From: Trichosphaerium sp. ATCC 40318
Taxonomy: Eukaryota; Protista; Tubulinea
DNA length: 64,000 nucleotides
Assembly (NCBI GenBank): GCA_038496445.1
Contig: JALMLS010000593.1
Location: 124,001-188,000, forward strand
Reading direction: 5' to 3'
Part shown: positions 50,977-64,000 of the stretch, piece by piece
Layout of the letters: each line of letters starts with the position of its first letter
How positions within the stretch are numbered: the stretch's first letter is position 1
Made by a program: the position numbers and the translations under genes
Notes under the pieces: generated by a model
Seen by the model: only the letters and a program-made list of their open reading frames with translations
Database searches by the model: none
Told to the model about the DNA's origin: nothing

Positions 50977-53228
50977 ATGGAATTCGATCACCCAGGAGAA
51001 GAAACAGACGATGTTGATGTTGAAGCGCTATTAAAGCGGTTAAACAATCAAGACGCCTCTTTAGATACTGTAGACCTCAGGTACGCGTGATGAAGATAAA
51101 ATTTAATAAAATGCAGCCCCAAAGACGCAATTAGTACCATTTGCTCTCACTCACCATATATAACAGGTATAAGGCTCTATCAGAAGAGGCTCTTCAGGTA
51201 ACATTACTAATGATCAAAAAGTCATCTTAATCACCTCTAGAACATTGTTGCTGCCTTGGAACTTAATAAACACGTTCATACGCTGTTGTTGTGTGGTAAT
51301 GATTTAGGAGCAGATGGAACCAAACGCCTAGCGAAGTACGTACAACACGTAGTACCGAGAGATGGCTACTTTTGCTCAACTCACTTTTCTATCGCCTGGT
51401 GGCACAAACCTATTTTGAGAAGATGTACTGACAACATTTCATTTAAGCTTACTACAAAGAAACGAAAAAATTGTGTCAGTAGACTTGAGATTCACCGAAC
51501 TCGACGACGAAGGCGCAAAACATCTTATTAAAGGCCTAGCACACCGTACCGCACCTATAACATCAATGCCACTCCTTGGGAACCAGCTAAGGTTCGTACC
51601 AATCTATTTTTTAAACGTTGATTAACCATCCTAAAGTTCAGCTGTTTCACGTCAGTTAAAGGCATGTATTAAACGAGCAAATTCTGCCAGGAGATCTCCA
51701 AAAGTAGCTAGAGTAGTCGGTAATCAACCGCCTGGCACGCCTCCAGGAAGTCCAAAACGTGTCAGGACGCCTATAACTACGAGGAAGGCACCACGTGTTA
51801 AAGTTTCTGGTTCTCTTGCAGAACTTCGGGAGAAGTATCCCGATAATCCAGAGTTTATAGATGTTGTCTTACAAATGCGTGAGAAAATACGCAAAGCTGA
51901 GAAAGCAGCCAACGATTACAAGGTATGAAGAATCTACGGTTTGTTTTCTTTTTACGTAGTTTAACGTGTATTGTGTAGGAACAACTCGACAATATTAAGA
52001 AAACCAAGGATGAGGCACATGAAAAAACATTGGTGTTAAACCTTAAAAATGTTCAAGTACTTACTCCTTTGTTTGTCTATCTATTCATTCAATAACTCCT
52101 TCTGTAGATAAACGAAAAAATAGCTGATTCTGGTGGTAGTACAGCAGGTATTTATGGTTGCCTTGTTGATGGGTGGCATTGCGTAATGAAGGTAGGAGCT
52201 TCATTTTTTTTTTTGGTTTAGACTGTTCTTTAACAAAAAAAAAAGGAGCTTGATATGCGTGGAGTTAATGACGAAAAAGTATCGAAGTTTATGAATGAAA
52301 TTAAACTTCTTGAGCGATTACCTGGTCACCCTAATATAGTGGTAAGTATTACTTACATTAATCAAAATTGTAACAAATCTCACGTGTTTTTAGCGCTATT
52401 TGTTTCATCAACAAAAAAATGATAAATTGCGGTTGTTTATGACACATTACACTGATTCTCTCCGTGGTGTTGTAAGAAGACGTAGGGATGATTTTGATAG
52501 TAATGCTGTTGATCACTTTCACCCGAGAGATATTGCAAAATACATGGTAGAGATTGTTACAGGACTACAAATGCTTCATGATGCCAAGGTTTGCCAACAC
52601 TTTTTTTTGAAAATATAAAAATTTATTATTTACAATTTGGTTTTTAGGTCATTCACCGTGATATGAAAACAGATAATATATTCGTTCTATTGGATGTACA
52701 CAATGAAATACGTCAATTAGCAATTGGTGATTTTGATACAGCAAAAGATATCAATCCAAAGAAGAAAACATCCGGTAAACAAAAAAAGTATAAAATGGAT
52801 TCTTACTTACTGTTGTTTTTTTTCAGCTAAAACAATCATTGGTACACCATGTTATATGGCACCTGAGGTGTTTAAAGCAGAGACAAGAGGATCTTACACA
52901 TTCCATGCAGATAGTACGCGTCTAGTTGCTTACAAGGTTTCTATCTAACACCACCTTTCTTTAACCAATAGTTTGGTCATTTGGAATGATTTTATACGAG
53001 TTAATGACATTACGTCAACCGTATGAAGATGAAGATTGGTATAATATTCCTACCCTTGTGAGTGAGGGAAAACGACCACAAATACCACATGAAGAGCGTT
53101 TTGAAGAAGAAGGGTGGAGCAGATTGCTTGCTGTCTATGAAAAGTGTACCCAGCTCAAACCAGCATCTAGACCAGATAGTACACAACTAAAGGAAGAACT
53201 ATTCAAAATTAATTGGGAGTTGAGATAA
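50977..53228 (+). CDS. Ser/Thr protein kinase with N-terminal RNI-like LRRs
   Basis: VHTLLLCGNDLGADG; HRDMKTDN, IGDFD, IGTPCYMAPE, VWSFGMILYEL. Confidence 0.85.
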
Positions 53229-53620
53229 AAAGCAATTTTCACAGAAAAAAAATAAATAGCTTTCTTTTTCATTGTTATTACACTTGCAACCTATGAATTG
53301 TATGTTATTAATAAATACAATTAAGAAACTGTACACCAAATGATTTGTTCTTGTGTATAATTTAAGTGCTCCCGAAATACTTGCATATCTTCGCAATGAT
53401 GCACTTTCCTTGCTTTATTTTTTGACTATTTACTAAAGGTTTATTTTGTTGTTACTTCCGACAGAGTTGGTTTGTATACTTAAGATGGATTACGCTGTAA
53501 TTGCGGTAAACAAGGGTATTGGAAAGCAATGGATAGAATGACTTTGTGTTAGGTAGTTGTACTTTATTTTCGGTTTCTTTTTTTTACTAAGTGGGAATCT
53601 TATATAGAGATAATCTTTAT

Positions 53621-54939
53621 TTAGTATTGCTCTTGCTCTAGCTGAGACAAATGGTTGCCTATGTGAACTAACTTGGCACGCATTACAGTGAGAGCAGATA
53701 GAACTATTTCAGGTGGTTTTAATTGACCAGTAGCCTAGGCACAAATGAGTTAACAAACAGGTAACAAAACGGAAACAAAATATAACAAACTTACCTCTAA
53801 ATAAAAATGGAATTTATCAGGTTGCCTATCCACTTTAACAAGATTTGGCCGCCCTAATCTCTTTGACTCTTTGACGCATTCATAGCAAAACATACAAGCA
53901 GCAGCATCCTTAATAAGGAAAAAAAGTGTCAATGGTACTCGTCAAATCCATCGTATATTCTAAAAACAATACCTCGATTTCTATTTCTTCTGTTACGTTA
54001 TCATATCGATAAACTCCAGTAGGACACTTCTTTACCCATTCTTTTTTCTCTTGTTTTGTTAATCCTTCCATAGTGCCTTTATTTAGCCGAATATCAGGTT
54101 CATACCGAAATGTTATGCTACAAACATGTCAATTTGATAAAAAATCTTTTTTCTTTTTTTTTAAAGCATTACCCTGATGCTGGAGCAAACTTTGCGTGTT
54201 GCTTGCCAATACCTAATTCATCATGTCAAAATTAACATAGAAATTTTTCAAAAAAAAAAGAAAAAGAAGTCACGTACCTCGCTTGGCAATACAACGAACC
54301 TTTAGCTCTTGATTTTTTTGTAATTTACAAATAAGGATACCAGGGTCATTTTCAGTTAGAGTTGCAATATCAGCTGGTGTCACAGCTATAAATCAATAAC
54401 GTTAGTGTCATGTGTCATTTTTATTTAAATCTGTAAACGTACTTTCTCCTTGTGCAACGGCTACAGGACGTAAATCACGTGTTGTTACTTCTCTTGTTTC
54501 GTTTTCTTCACAACGAACGTCAATGAGTAATTCTCTATCGTACTCATCATCACGCTCCTCTGCAACACCTTGTAGCTCCTTTTTTAACAGTATTTTAGTG
54601 AAACGCGGTTAAAAATGTTTTGCTTACCTCTACAAACTCATGTGAGTTGATATGACTGCTTGTAAGAGGTATGAGGCCGAGACGGTGGGAAATAAATTCA
54701 TCATGCAACACTGACGAGTTCTTCTCAAAGAAAACGAACTGTATTGCCATTGTTGGCACCTCTGCTATAATAATGCGCCTGAAATTGTTTGAGCGCTAAA
54801 AATTTAGCGAGGCATGTCTGTACCGTATAGCATTAGCAATAGACGCGTCGGTATTAGATAGCAAAAACGTTAGCGTATCATCTGAAGTGAATACACGAAG
54901 TATTCGCGGTGAGCGCTGTAAGTTACGCGTGCTTTGCAT
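53621..54939 (-). CDS. RPB3: RNA polymerase II subunit RPB3
   Basis: [50 protein letters not shown]...GIGKQHAKF. Confidence 0.85.
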
Positions 54940-55481
54940 CTTGCGGCTGTACAAACATTTAAATAGCTGAACGAAAAGGTAGAGAAAACTCTTGAGGTGA
55001 AAAAAAAAAAAACCAGCCAAAAAAATAAAAATAAAGCAAGGCAAAAAAGTCAGAATAAAGTCACGAATAATATTCCTTTTTACAGTTGGAATTATTAATT
55101 TTGGCGAGCGCAACTACAAACTTGGTCGTTGACAAAACCGTATTGACAAAAACGCACTGTCATCGTACGTGCATACTGCCTATTGCAGCTTGTCAAGTGT
55201 TGTTCATTTACCCCCACACGTAGCTCTAAAACTTCATCACGTTTGGGTACGTTTGGCACTTGTATTATTACTAGCGCTAGAAAGAATTCAATGTGTACAA
55301 CAGAATGTTCTGGGGTGTAAAAACAAGCGTGTAGCGTGACCACGTTACCTAAATTAACGGTGACGCGCGTCAATAAGTATTTTACTGCGCCTAGTAGCAC
55401 ACATTACCAGTTGTAAAAATTATTGCTAATATAACCTAACCATCTTGGTAGATGAAACGTGTAGAGTAAGATAACATTACA

Positions 55482-58254
55482 ATGAAGAGCCCTACAAAGC
55501 CTGATCAACAAAATCATTATTTGTGCGTAACTATCTGTCATTTTCTTCTAACTACCTACTCTTTTGCACACTGACAGTATCAATTTAGGTCCAAGCAACG
55601 CGAAGGTGGATCACCATACAAGCAGTATGTCTATGTTCCCAAAAACCGTAACTCTGGTGCACCAGGAACAACATACCCAGAAGAAAAACGAAAGTACGGA
55701 ACAACAACGGGTTTTTTTTTTGATTTTATCTTTTTTTTTTTGCTCTCTTTTTTGGTCGTTTTTGGACGCCGAATTTCTCGTTTAAGTGTTTTTTTTAGTA
55801 AACCCGCATTCTCTTTTCTTCAAAAAAACTGAAAAAACCGTTTCACTTCACAGTGAAATAATTGTTTTATTCCTTTTTAGATCATACCCTCCTATAGCCA
55901 ATCACCACCATCAACAACATGGTTTACCAGACCAACAGAGGAACCACCGTAATTCATTTCCACTACCAATGGTTTACCCACCAAAATTCATACATTATCC
56001 CATGCAATTCCCACCACCTGTATCTCCTCCTCGTAGGCCACATCCTCATGGTGTAAACCGACCTCCTCATTCACACAATGGCCGACCTCAGCACCCACCA
56101 CATCCACCACACCCTCATTTTCATCCAGACATGGTACAACCCCGTTTTTTGCATCTTCGATTTTTTTCTTTTTTTTTTTTGAGTTCCTGATAACTATTGA
56201 ACCTGAGGCTAACTTGCTACCTATTTAGCATCGGGCACGCGCTAGTTCTCAACCGTCACCTCTTCACAACGTTCCTCAATACCCTATGGTTCAACCAAGA
56301 AGAAAGTCACTTACACCGACTGGACCTCTTGGTGCTCCTCCTGGAGGTTCACCAAAGGGTATGTGGGGTCCGCCACCACCACATCATATTGCCAAAATAA
56401 GTAATGTATCAATGAGGCCTGTAGCACCGTTTTTTTATCCTGGACCGCCGCCACCTGGCATGTCGTTGTATTTTAGGTAACGTCGTTTTCTTCAAAAGAG
56501 TTCACCCACTGACTGTTATTTTTTTAGACCACCTCCACATGGTTGTTTCCTTCAACCAGCACAGCCTTCAGCACCACCTAATTCCGGTGAAACATTGACA
56601 TTTGTTCCGCGGCCGTTCCCTGTGGAAGAGTACGTATAAGAAAACCAAATATTTGTCACGTGTTGGGTCATTTTTTTTGTGTATTTTTTTTTTGTTTTTC
56701 GCTTTTACTATTTACTTTTCTCCTTCTTTTTCACTACTTATAATTTAACCTCTAGGACGAGTCCTCTTAAGAGAAATAAAACAAAAGTTTACAGTATTGG
56801 AGATTTGACACTATCGGAGCTGAAAGCCGAGTTTAGAGCTTATGCTATACTAAATATGGTTATCAAAGATAATCATTCAGAGGAGCGATATGCTGTTATT
56901 AATTTTGCTAAAGTAAAAGGTAACTACTCTTTAACGGTTTTTTTTTTTCTCGTTTTATTGTTGATGTGTTTTGTAGAGTTATACAGAGCGTTTCAAGTGA
57001 AGCATGAGCAAGAAATCGTTGTTCAGCGAAAGAATAGGGAAGGAGAAATGATGGATGTTACTTTTCGTTTGAAACTTGAGATTATTGAGCAATCTTTGGA
57101 TCCAATGTTTCAATTGAAGCAAGAGGAGATTGAGAGAGTACGTTTGTTCGTTTTTTTGGTTTTAGTCCATTAGTTAGTTAATATGTCGCTTAGTTTCCGT
57201 TGATTCAGTTTCAAGGAAAAACATTTGTGATAGAAACTCCAGAGTGAGTACCTCGCGAGAAATAATTTTTTTTTGTTTTTGTATTTTTTTTTTTGCTATT
57301 TTTTGCTTTTTGTATTCACGTGATTTTTTTCAAAAGGCAAATAGAAGGAGCAGTTTATGCCTTGCTAAAACGAGACCCAACAACGATAGAAATACGCGAT
57401 AATGTTATTCTGGTACGTCTAATACAGAAAAAAAACGTTCAAAATCTTCTTTTTTTTTTTCTCTTTTTTGTTGTTTTTTTTTTAGCTAACTATCATTAGG
57501 GTATGGACTTGGAATGGAGGCCTGTGTTTAATGTTGGCAAATACAACCGTACAGCGCTTCTACAGCTTTCTACAGGGACTGTATGCGTGTTATTCAGAAT
57601 CAACATTCTACGCCAGGTAAAAATAATAGTTTGGCCGCAATTACCCACTAACTCGTACTGTAATAGGAGCATGACGTAGATTTTCCAGGGGAACAATATA
57701 AACTTCCGCTTCTGGTTACCCAAATATTAGAAAACCCTTTTATTCGTAAAGTTGGATGTGGACTCATTGGAGACTGCACACGGCTAAAAAATGATTTTGG
57801 TATTGAAGTACGTTTTTTTTTGTGAATGCTACTTTTCGTTAACGGTTTTAAAAGTGTGCTGGTGTCGATGACATTGCTGAATTACCAATAATAAAGAGGT
57901 GTCGACCAAGGTAAGTAAATTAAAGGGGCGAGGTTTTTTGGGTAAAAAAATTTTTACACGTGCTTATTTTTTTATTATTAGATCGCTGCAAGCCCTTACT
58001 GCAATATTTTTGGGAGGTCATATGTCAAAGAAGCAACGTGTATCTGACTGGGAACGGTTACCTCACCTTACTCGAGATCAAATCATTTATGCAGGTAAGA
58101 AATCTCACGTGATTTTCACGTGTTTTTTTTTTTTTTTGTTGGTTTTTTTCCTTGCTTTTTTGTTTACTTTTTTGTGATAGCGACTGACGCATGGTGTGGA
58201 CGTGAAGTGTATATAAAGATGTCACAAATGCCATATAGTTTAGTGTACTCATAA
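55482..58254 (+). CDS. DEDDy 3'-5' exonuclease (WRN/EXD2-like) with Pro/His-rich N-terminus and RRM-like segment
   Basis: GMDLEWRP, LLQLST, KVGCG, SDWERLPHLTRDQIIYA-ATDAW; RNP-like YAVINF. The start is uncertain. Confidence 0.75.
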
Positions 58255-58458
58255 TAGAGAAAGCGAAACAAAGACAACAAACAAACATTAATGATAATGA
58301 AATTTAACTTTTTAGTTTACAAGTATAGAGTATTGGATAAGAAATAATAATTTAAAATAAAACACAGAGAAAATGTTAGAAAATATTTTATTGTTCGTTG
58401 TTGTTGTTAGTTAGCTTGTTAGCTTGTTAGCTCAGTTTTGTTTTTACATTTTTTTTTT

Positions 58459-59342
58459 TTACATTTTTCCTTGTTGTGATCCAATTTGGATTGTTACTGG
58501 TTCTGGAATATCTAGTTTTGGCATTGTGATTGATAGAATGCCGTTAATTAGAGATGCCTTTGTGTTGGTGGTATCAATGTTACGTGGAAGTCTTACTTCT
58601 CTTTGAAATAGACCGCTGGTTGATTCTTTTACAGAGTATTGACCACCGTTCATGTCTTCTACTAAAGTTGTTTTTTCACCTTTGATCTATTGATGATGTT
58701 AGTCTTCTGTTTATGAAGAGCTACTATAAACTACGTACAGATAAAGTATCGTCATTGACTGTAATTTTAATGTCTTCCATGTTAACACCAGGAAGTTCCA
58801 TATTGACCTTTAGTTCTTTTTCGGCATCAACAACATCTGAAAAGTTGTTAGACGAGATGGTAGATTAAAAGTGTCTTGACAGTACCTGTCTTTGGCCAGT
58901 ATTGTTTTTTGTTGCTGTTGCATGATCTGCGTGGGAACAATGGGAACCTGTTTCTGAAGGAAGGGAATCTACGAGTAGGGAAGAATGAACGCCTTCCAAA
59001 GAAAGCGTCAACGAGTTGGTTGATTTCATCGAAAGAGTTTGATATCAACTCATTATTTGTAGGTTCTTCCTCGTCTTGGTTTTCTTCCTTTGGTGTAATG
59101 TTTGGTTGTTTGTTTTCCAATTCATAAATATCTTTTGTATCTGTTGTATCTTCTGTATTTTCTACGTCTTGTTTCTTTTCAACTTGTTCATTTTTCTTTT
59201 CCCACGTGTCACTTTTTATCTCCTCCTCAACTATGCTAAGTGTTGCTGCTTTTGCATCCTTGGGATCAGTCAAGTCTGCTTTAATACATTGCGTAAATAA
59301 GACTGCGATGATGCAAAGAATAAAAGTTGCTTGTGTGTTCAT
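58459..59342 (-). CDS. Small heat-shock protein (HSP20) with an N-terminal signal peptide
   Basis: MNTQATFILCIIAVLFTQCIKA; DVVDAEKELKVNMELPGV..EDIKI, GLFQREVRLP...ASLINGILSITMPK. Confidence 0.85.
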
Positions 59343-59986
59343 GTTGGTTGGATTGTTGTTTTTTGATAGTACTCTTTTTGCCTTAATATGGTGCCACGTC
59401 ATGGTGAGTGGTTTTCATCCACGTCATGTGCTACACAATTTTTCAGGCCTCTCAGAACCACAAACCAGCCTTCAGGTTGCATGGGGCGGTAGTAGAATTA
59501 AACGAAACACATTACACTTTAAACACCAAGGAATTTCGCACCTCGTGAAATTTCGCAGTTTTCGACGGAATACTATTCACTGATACTCTTTTTGGTGTTT
59601 TTTGGAGATTCCAACGGCCTAAAAACTAAGAATGAGAAGTTGAGTACAGTTTACTACAGTAGTTAGCTAAAGTATAGTAAACATCAGAATTTATGGTGAG
59701 TAAGCAGCACGGTGTACACAACATGTAATTGCTTTTATTCTAATTTTATACAATCTCGTTTCTTATATACATACGCGTAATAGCGCGGGTGGATCAATGC
59801 GTATCCAGTGTGTAGCCTTTGGTGCTTAAAAAATGGCTTTGAGCTTTGGTTGAAGGGAGCTAGCCGGCGGCGTGATAAACGTCATGAAATATTTTAGTTT
59901 ACAACTATCGATATTGGCATAATTGGCTCAATTGACTCACCATCATCGTCACCCTACGTTTGTAAGTTTTATTTCACGTAAATTTA

Positions 59987-60281
59987 CTAGTTTTTAATTA
60001 CCTCGTCCTCAAAATCCTCTGGATCGTATATAACGCGTAGGAGTAGCGAACAGCTTGGGCATGTAGCTATTTCTTCACCATCTTGTAATTCTTCCTTTAA
60101 AAACGTACTGTTAGTACCTAGCATGCGTTTTCTTGCGTACAGTGGATATTTGGAATTTATCACCACATGGGCAAGGATAAGTGTACATATCTGTTTCCTC
60201 GTCGTAATCAAAGTCTTCTATCTCAATTTCATCGTAAATGGCTTCAGGCTCAGAAGCAGAATCACTGCCGTGTACGGACAT
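59987..60281 (-). CDS. DPH3: Diphthamide biosynthesis protein 3 (CSL zinc finger)
   Basis: YDEIEIEDF...[37 protein letters not shown], with one intron. Confidence 0.95.
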
Positions 60282-60420
60282 TTGTGTTAATAGTTTGTAC
60301 ACCTAATACACTTGTAAAGTAACCGGCGTGGCTTGTTTGTGTAATTGTAAACTAACTTTGACTGAGCCTTTCCTAAACACAACAATTTGCGAAGCGAACG
60401 TGCTAACGCGTGCTACTGCC

Positions 60421-62985
60421 ATGACAGACTACGTAGCTGACTTTGAAGGTGGTCGGCAAATGAATAGGCCGCCAAGAAAACGCAGGGGTAAAAAAGAGAG
60501 GCGTAGGGACAGCCCACCGCGCGAGCAACAAAGAGTGAGACTAGTTGTAGGCAACACAAACGAAACTATACCAGATGTACGTTTGGGATAAAAATACTAA
60601 GCTTACATACCTTTAGGATGAAGTAAACAGGTTAACCGAATAAACAGTAAATAAAAAACTTACAATTAGCTTTAGTAATCGATGGACCATGTTCGTACGC
60701 GAAAAGAAGGGAGTAGACTGTATTAGAAGCGTTAGGTTTTATTTGCACCCCACATTCAACCCAAATCGCATTGACGTGCAGGAAGCTCCTTACCAGATCA
60801 CACGGAGGGTATGTAGCTGTAATTAACCACTTTTTTATTATTATTTTGGAATCATGACACAGACCTTACAAGCAAAAGGGTTGGGGCGAATTTACTATTG
60901 GTGTAACAATATACTTCAAGCGAATGTATCAAAACAAACCAATGAAGATTTCACACACTCTGAACTTCTCTAACCCGACAAAAGCATGGTCTAAATATGA
61001 CCTTATTCTACGCCTAAAGTTCGCTCCGGATAGAGGATACAAGCGTCGACTGAAAGGGATTTTGGATAAGGGCAAGAGGAGGTCACGTAGAAACTCAGAT
61101 AGCCTACAGTACAATGAAAGATCCGAAAAAGAAGAAAAGTCAGATGTGGTAATAGAAAAAGATGAAAAGCCTCTTGAACTGCTTATTGAATTCGATGATG
61201 AAAAAAAACTCTTGCGCACTACTCTAGACTCCTTTGATAATGTTGTGGAGCGTATAAAAGGGAAATTTGATCCAGAGATGGATGTCAGGGTTGAATACTT
61301 TTCAGAGAGGTTTAAATCATGGTTGACACTTGAGGATATTGATTCAGTCAAAGATGGACAAACTCTGCGATTGTGTAAACTACAGACTAAAGAAAAGAAC
61401 TTGGAGAGGAGTATTTTAACCTCATCCCTTGGTGAGCAAACACTTATAAAAAAACAAGATTTATCTCTTGGAAAACAACTCGGTAGAGGTGCTTTCGGGT
61501 GCGTTTGATTAATTCTCACTTAAATTCAAAAAAAAAAAAAGAGATGTTAAGTTACTAATCCTTGTAATCAAAGGACGGTTTTTAAGGCTGTGTGGAATGG
61601 TACAACAAAAGTAGCTGCAAAAGTTGTTACTGTCAAGGAGGAACATGAACGTGGTTTATTATTGTCAGAGATTGCATCTATAATGGGCACACCACCACAT
61701 CCTAATATTGTTTCGGTACATGCCTTTCTTTTTTTTTTTTCTGTTTTTTTGAGCTGTTGAGAAAAACTCTTAATGACGGGGTGGTGGAGTACTTATTTTT
61801 CTTAAATAGTTTTACGGTGTATGTGTAGAAGGTAATAGCGTTACTATAGTAACAGAGATTGTGGAGGTACGACATGGATCCGACAATCTAAGATTCCGTA
61901 TCATTTCTTTTTTTTTTTGGTTGTGTTTTTGTGTTGATTTAAATGTAGCCTGGTTCATTGCTTTCTGTATTACATACTGGAAAAGAATTTAGTATAGGAG
62001 AGCTTCTAGATATTGCTCAATACGTTATTTGTGGTATGGCTCATATAATTTCAAATGGAAGCATACATAGGGACCTTGCTGCAAGAAACGTGCGTATTTT
62101 TTTTTGAACTGCTTTTTTTTTGTTATTATTACCCTTTCTCGTACTTGTTGTTTATTTTTTTATAGGTTCTGGTACTTAGCTCTCAAGAGCAGGGTTTGTT
62201 AAAGGTATATATGCTAACTTTTTTTTCTTTACAAAGCTTGGAGCAACAGCAAAAGGCTATATTGTCAAATTATGTGATTTTGGCTTAGCACGTGGCTTGA
62301 ATGATGATAAATCTTATTATATGAGTCAAACCAACACAATGCCTATCAGGTGGTGTCCTCCTGAGGCTCTCGTCCATAAACGCTTCTCAGAAGGTACATA
62401 ATTGCAATCCGGTATCTTAATTCATCGCGCTCACCTATTTTTATAGCAAGTGATGTTTATAGTTTCGCTATTTTTATGATTGAACTCTTCACTGCTGGAG
62501 GTGACCCTTATCCTGGTTTACAGACCAAAGATGTTGCCACTATGATACTTGAAGGTGCGTTGCATGGTAATACGGTTGTGCACTTGTCTGATAAGGTTAT
62601 CTGAAGGTGGGAGACCAAAATGTCCTAAAGACTGTCCGGAAGATGTGTTCGCTGTTATAACAAAATGTTGGGCTCAAGAGGCTTCTGATCGCCCTACATT
62701 CTTAGAAGTTCATAACTTGTTTCAACCTCTATTGGTTAAGTATGGTACGTACAAAAAATAAACCAAAAGAGCGCTGTATAGTAACATGCTTCTAATGTTG
62801 TTTTCTTTTTTTTAGGAGTTCAAGATATTTCTGGATTAAATATTGTCGATTCACTCTATTCAAATGAATCCTATGACAATGAAATGATCGATGATTGTGA
62901 GATTCATTCTGATGAATGTTATAATTTGAGTGATTATAACACTCCCATGGATGTGGATGGAGCAAACCTGTACAATACTAAATAA
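60421..62985 (+). CDS. YEATS domain + tyrosine kinase-type catalytic domain
   Basis: LVVGN, RWTMFVR, VRFYLHPTF, APYQI, GWGEF (YEATS); LGRGAFG, VAAK, HRDLAARN, DFGLAR, MPIRWCPPE, SDVYSF, CW...RPTF (kinase). Confidence 0.85.
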
Positions 62986-63401
62986 AATAATAGTAAATCA
63001 AAAAAATCTTTAAAAACTGTTCAAGAAAGTACTTCTGCTTCCAAATTGTCACGTGATAGTCTTAAAAACGAATTATAGTCTGTGGTTGTTGAAACACTGA
63101 TGCGAAGATAGTTTGTAAAATCTATCTCTATTGTTTGAACCAAGTACAAAACGGGACAATATGGTCTATTGTGGAAACAATGTCAAGAGATTACTGATGA
63201 CACGAAAGGCACCTTAACAATCAACGAGACCTCCCAGTTAACAACGAATAGCATGCTATCGAGAAACACCAAGACCAGTATTGACTGATCGAAGTGATAC
63301 ATTTTGTACAAAATTCGCTTTAAACACGTGCTGTGACGTTCTACATTTGACTTCGCGAGAGAAACACTATTACATAGCACTTTAAACTTAGTTCAGTTGA
63401 A

Positions 63402-64000
63402 ATGAGCACCAATCGTGGTAAACCAGGCTCCAAGCCCTCAGTTAGAGTTATTTCGCGCATTGAAGTCGCTAAACACAACAAACCGGATGATTGCTGGATA
63501 ATTATACATGGTAAGGTTTTTGATGTAACAAAATACCTCCCAGAGCATCCAGGTGGCGGTGATATTGTTTTTAAAAGAGCAGGTAAATAATAATTACGCT
63601 ATTCCACCAGAAATACTCACTGAGCGCAGGGAGAGATGCTACAAGTGATTTTGACGCTATGTACCATTCTCCTAGAGCAACAGAGGTACTCAGAACTCTC
63701 TACGTTGGAGAAGTACAAGTACGCCTAACAATAACGCCTTTGATACCTCATTCACTGTTTTCAGGGATCTGCAGCAGCAACTACATTATCTCCATTCGGG
63801 AGAGGCATTAGCGGTATAAAAAGTGCGTCTGCTCCTTCAAACAAAGGTGGACCTTATGGTCTAGGCGTATACAAACCGGTACGTTCCAAATTGACGTTCA
63901 TAAACGAAACACAACTGTTTTATATTTGGCTCGTCTCACACTTGCGTAGAGAGGTGAGAGAAGTGGTCCATACGGTTTAGGTCCATACAAAGTAAGGCGT
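63402..64000 (+). CDS. Cytochrome b5 heme-binding domain protein, 5' part (continues beyond the window)
   Basis: [32 protein letters not shown]...[15 protein letters not shown]. Confidence 0.85.

Noticed and set aside
59770-59890. Moderately GC-rich patch with small hairpins downstream of DPH3
   Set aside because: No promoter match, box motifs or extended structure.
60929-61519. Long antisense ORFs (also 4798-5124 and 24596-25036)
   Set aside because: They are shadows of real coding exons on the opposite strand.

Overview
AT-rich, gene-dense eukaryotic genomic DNA with many short GT-AG introns (common donors GTACGT/GTAAGT). The gene content (alpha-actinin, fimbrin-type and cortexillin-like actin binders, nicastrin, a tyrosine kinase, RhoGEF, TYSND1) suggests an amoeboid protist, probably Amoebozoa (inference). 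About 24 spliced protein genes are recognisable, so the ORF track mostly shows exon fragments. Two near-identical U6 snRNA genes (6105-6211, 31249-31356) reveal the organism's upstream Pol III promoter. The same promoter architecture recurs at 21126-21185, in front of an unannotated ~265-nt, ~59% GC, extensively base-paired sequence that ends in a T8 terminator (21200-21471). This candidate Pol III ncRNA matches no family I recognise and is the top finding. Other notable items: a YEATS-tyrosine kinase fusion, a CBM48 + NEURL4-type ADP-ribosyltransferase gene, an alpha-actinin with a rod about 2.5x the normal length, a fimbrin-ABD/SAH/C2 protein, an RPB3 lacking its zinc-loop cysteines, virus-like F-box-LRR and F-box-MORN genes next to the U6 copies (one bracketed by an inverted repeat), an RNase H relic and an intronic MITE-like hairpin. 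Exon boundaries were read by eye and are approximate.
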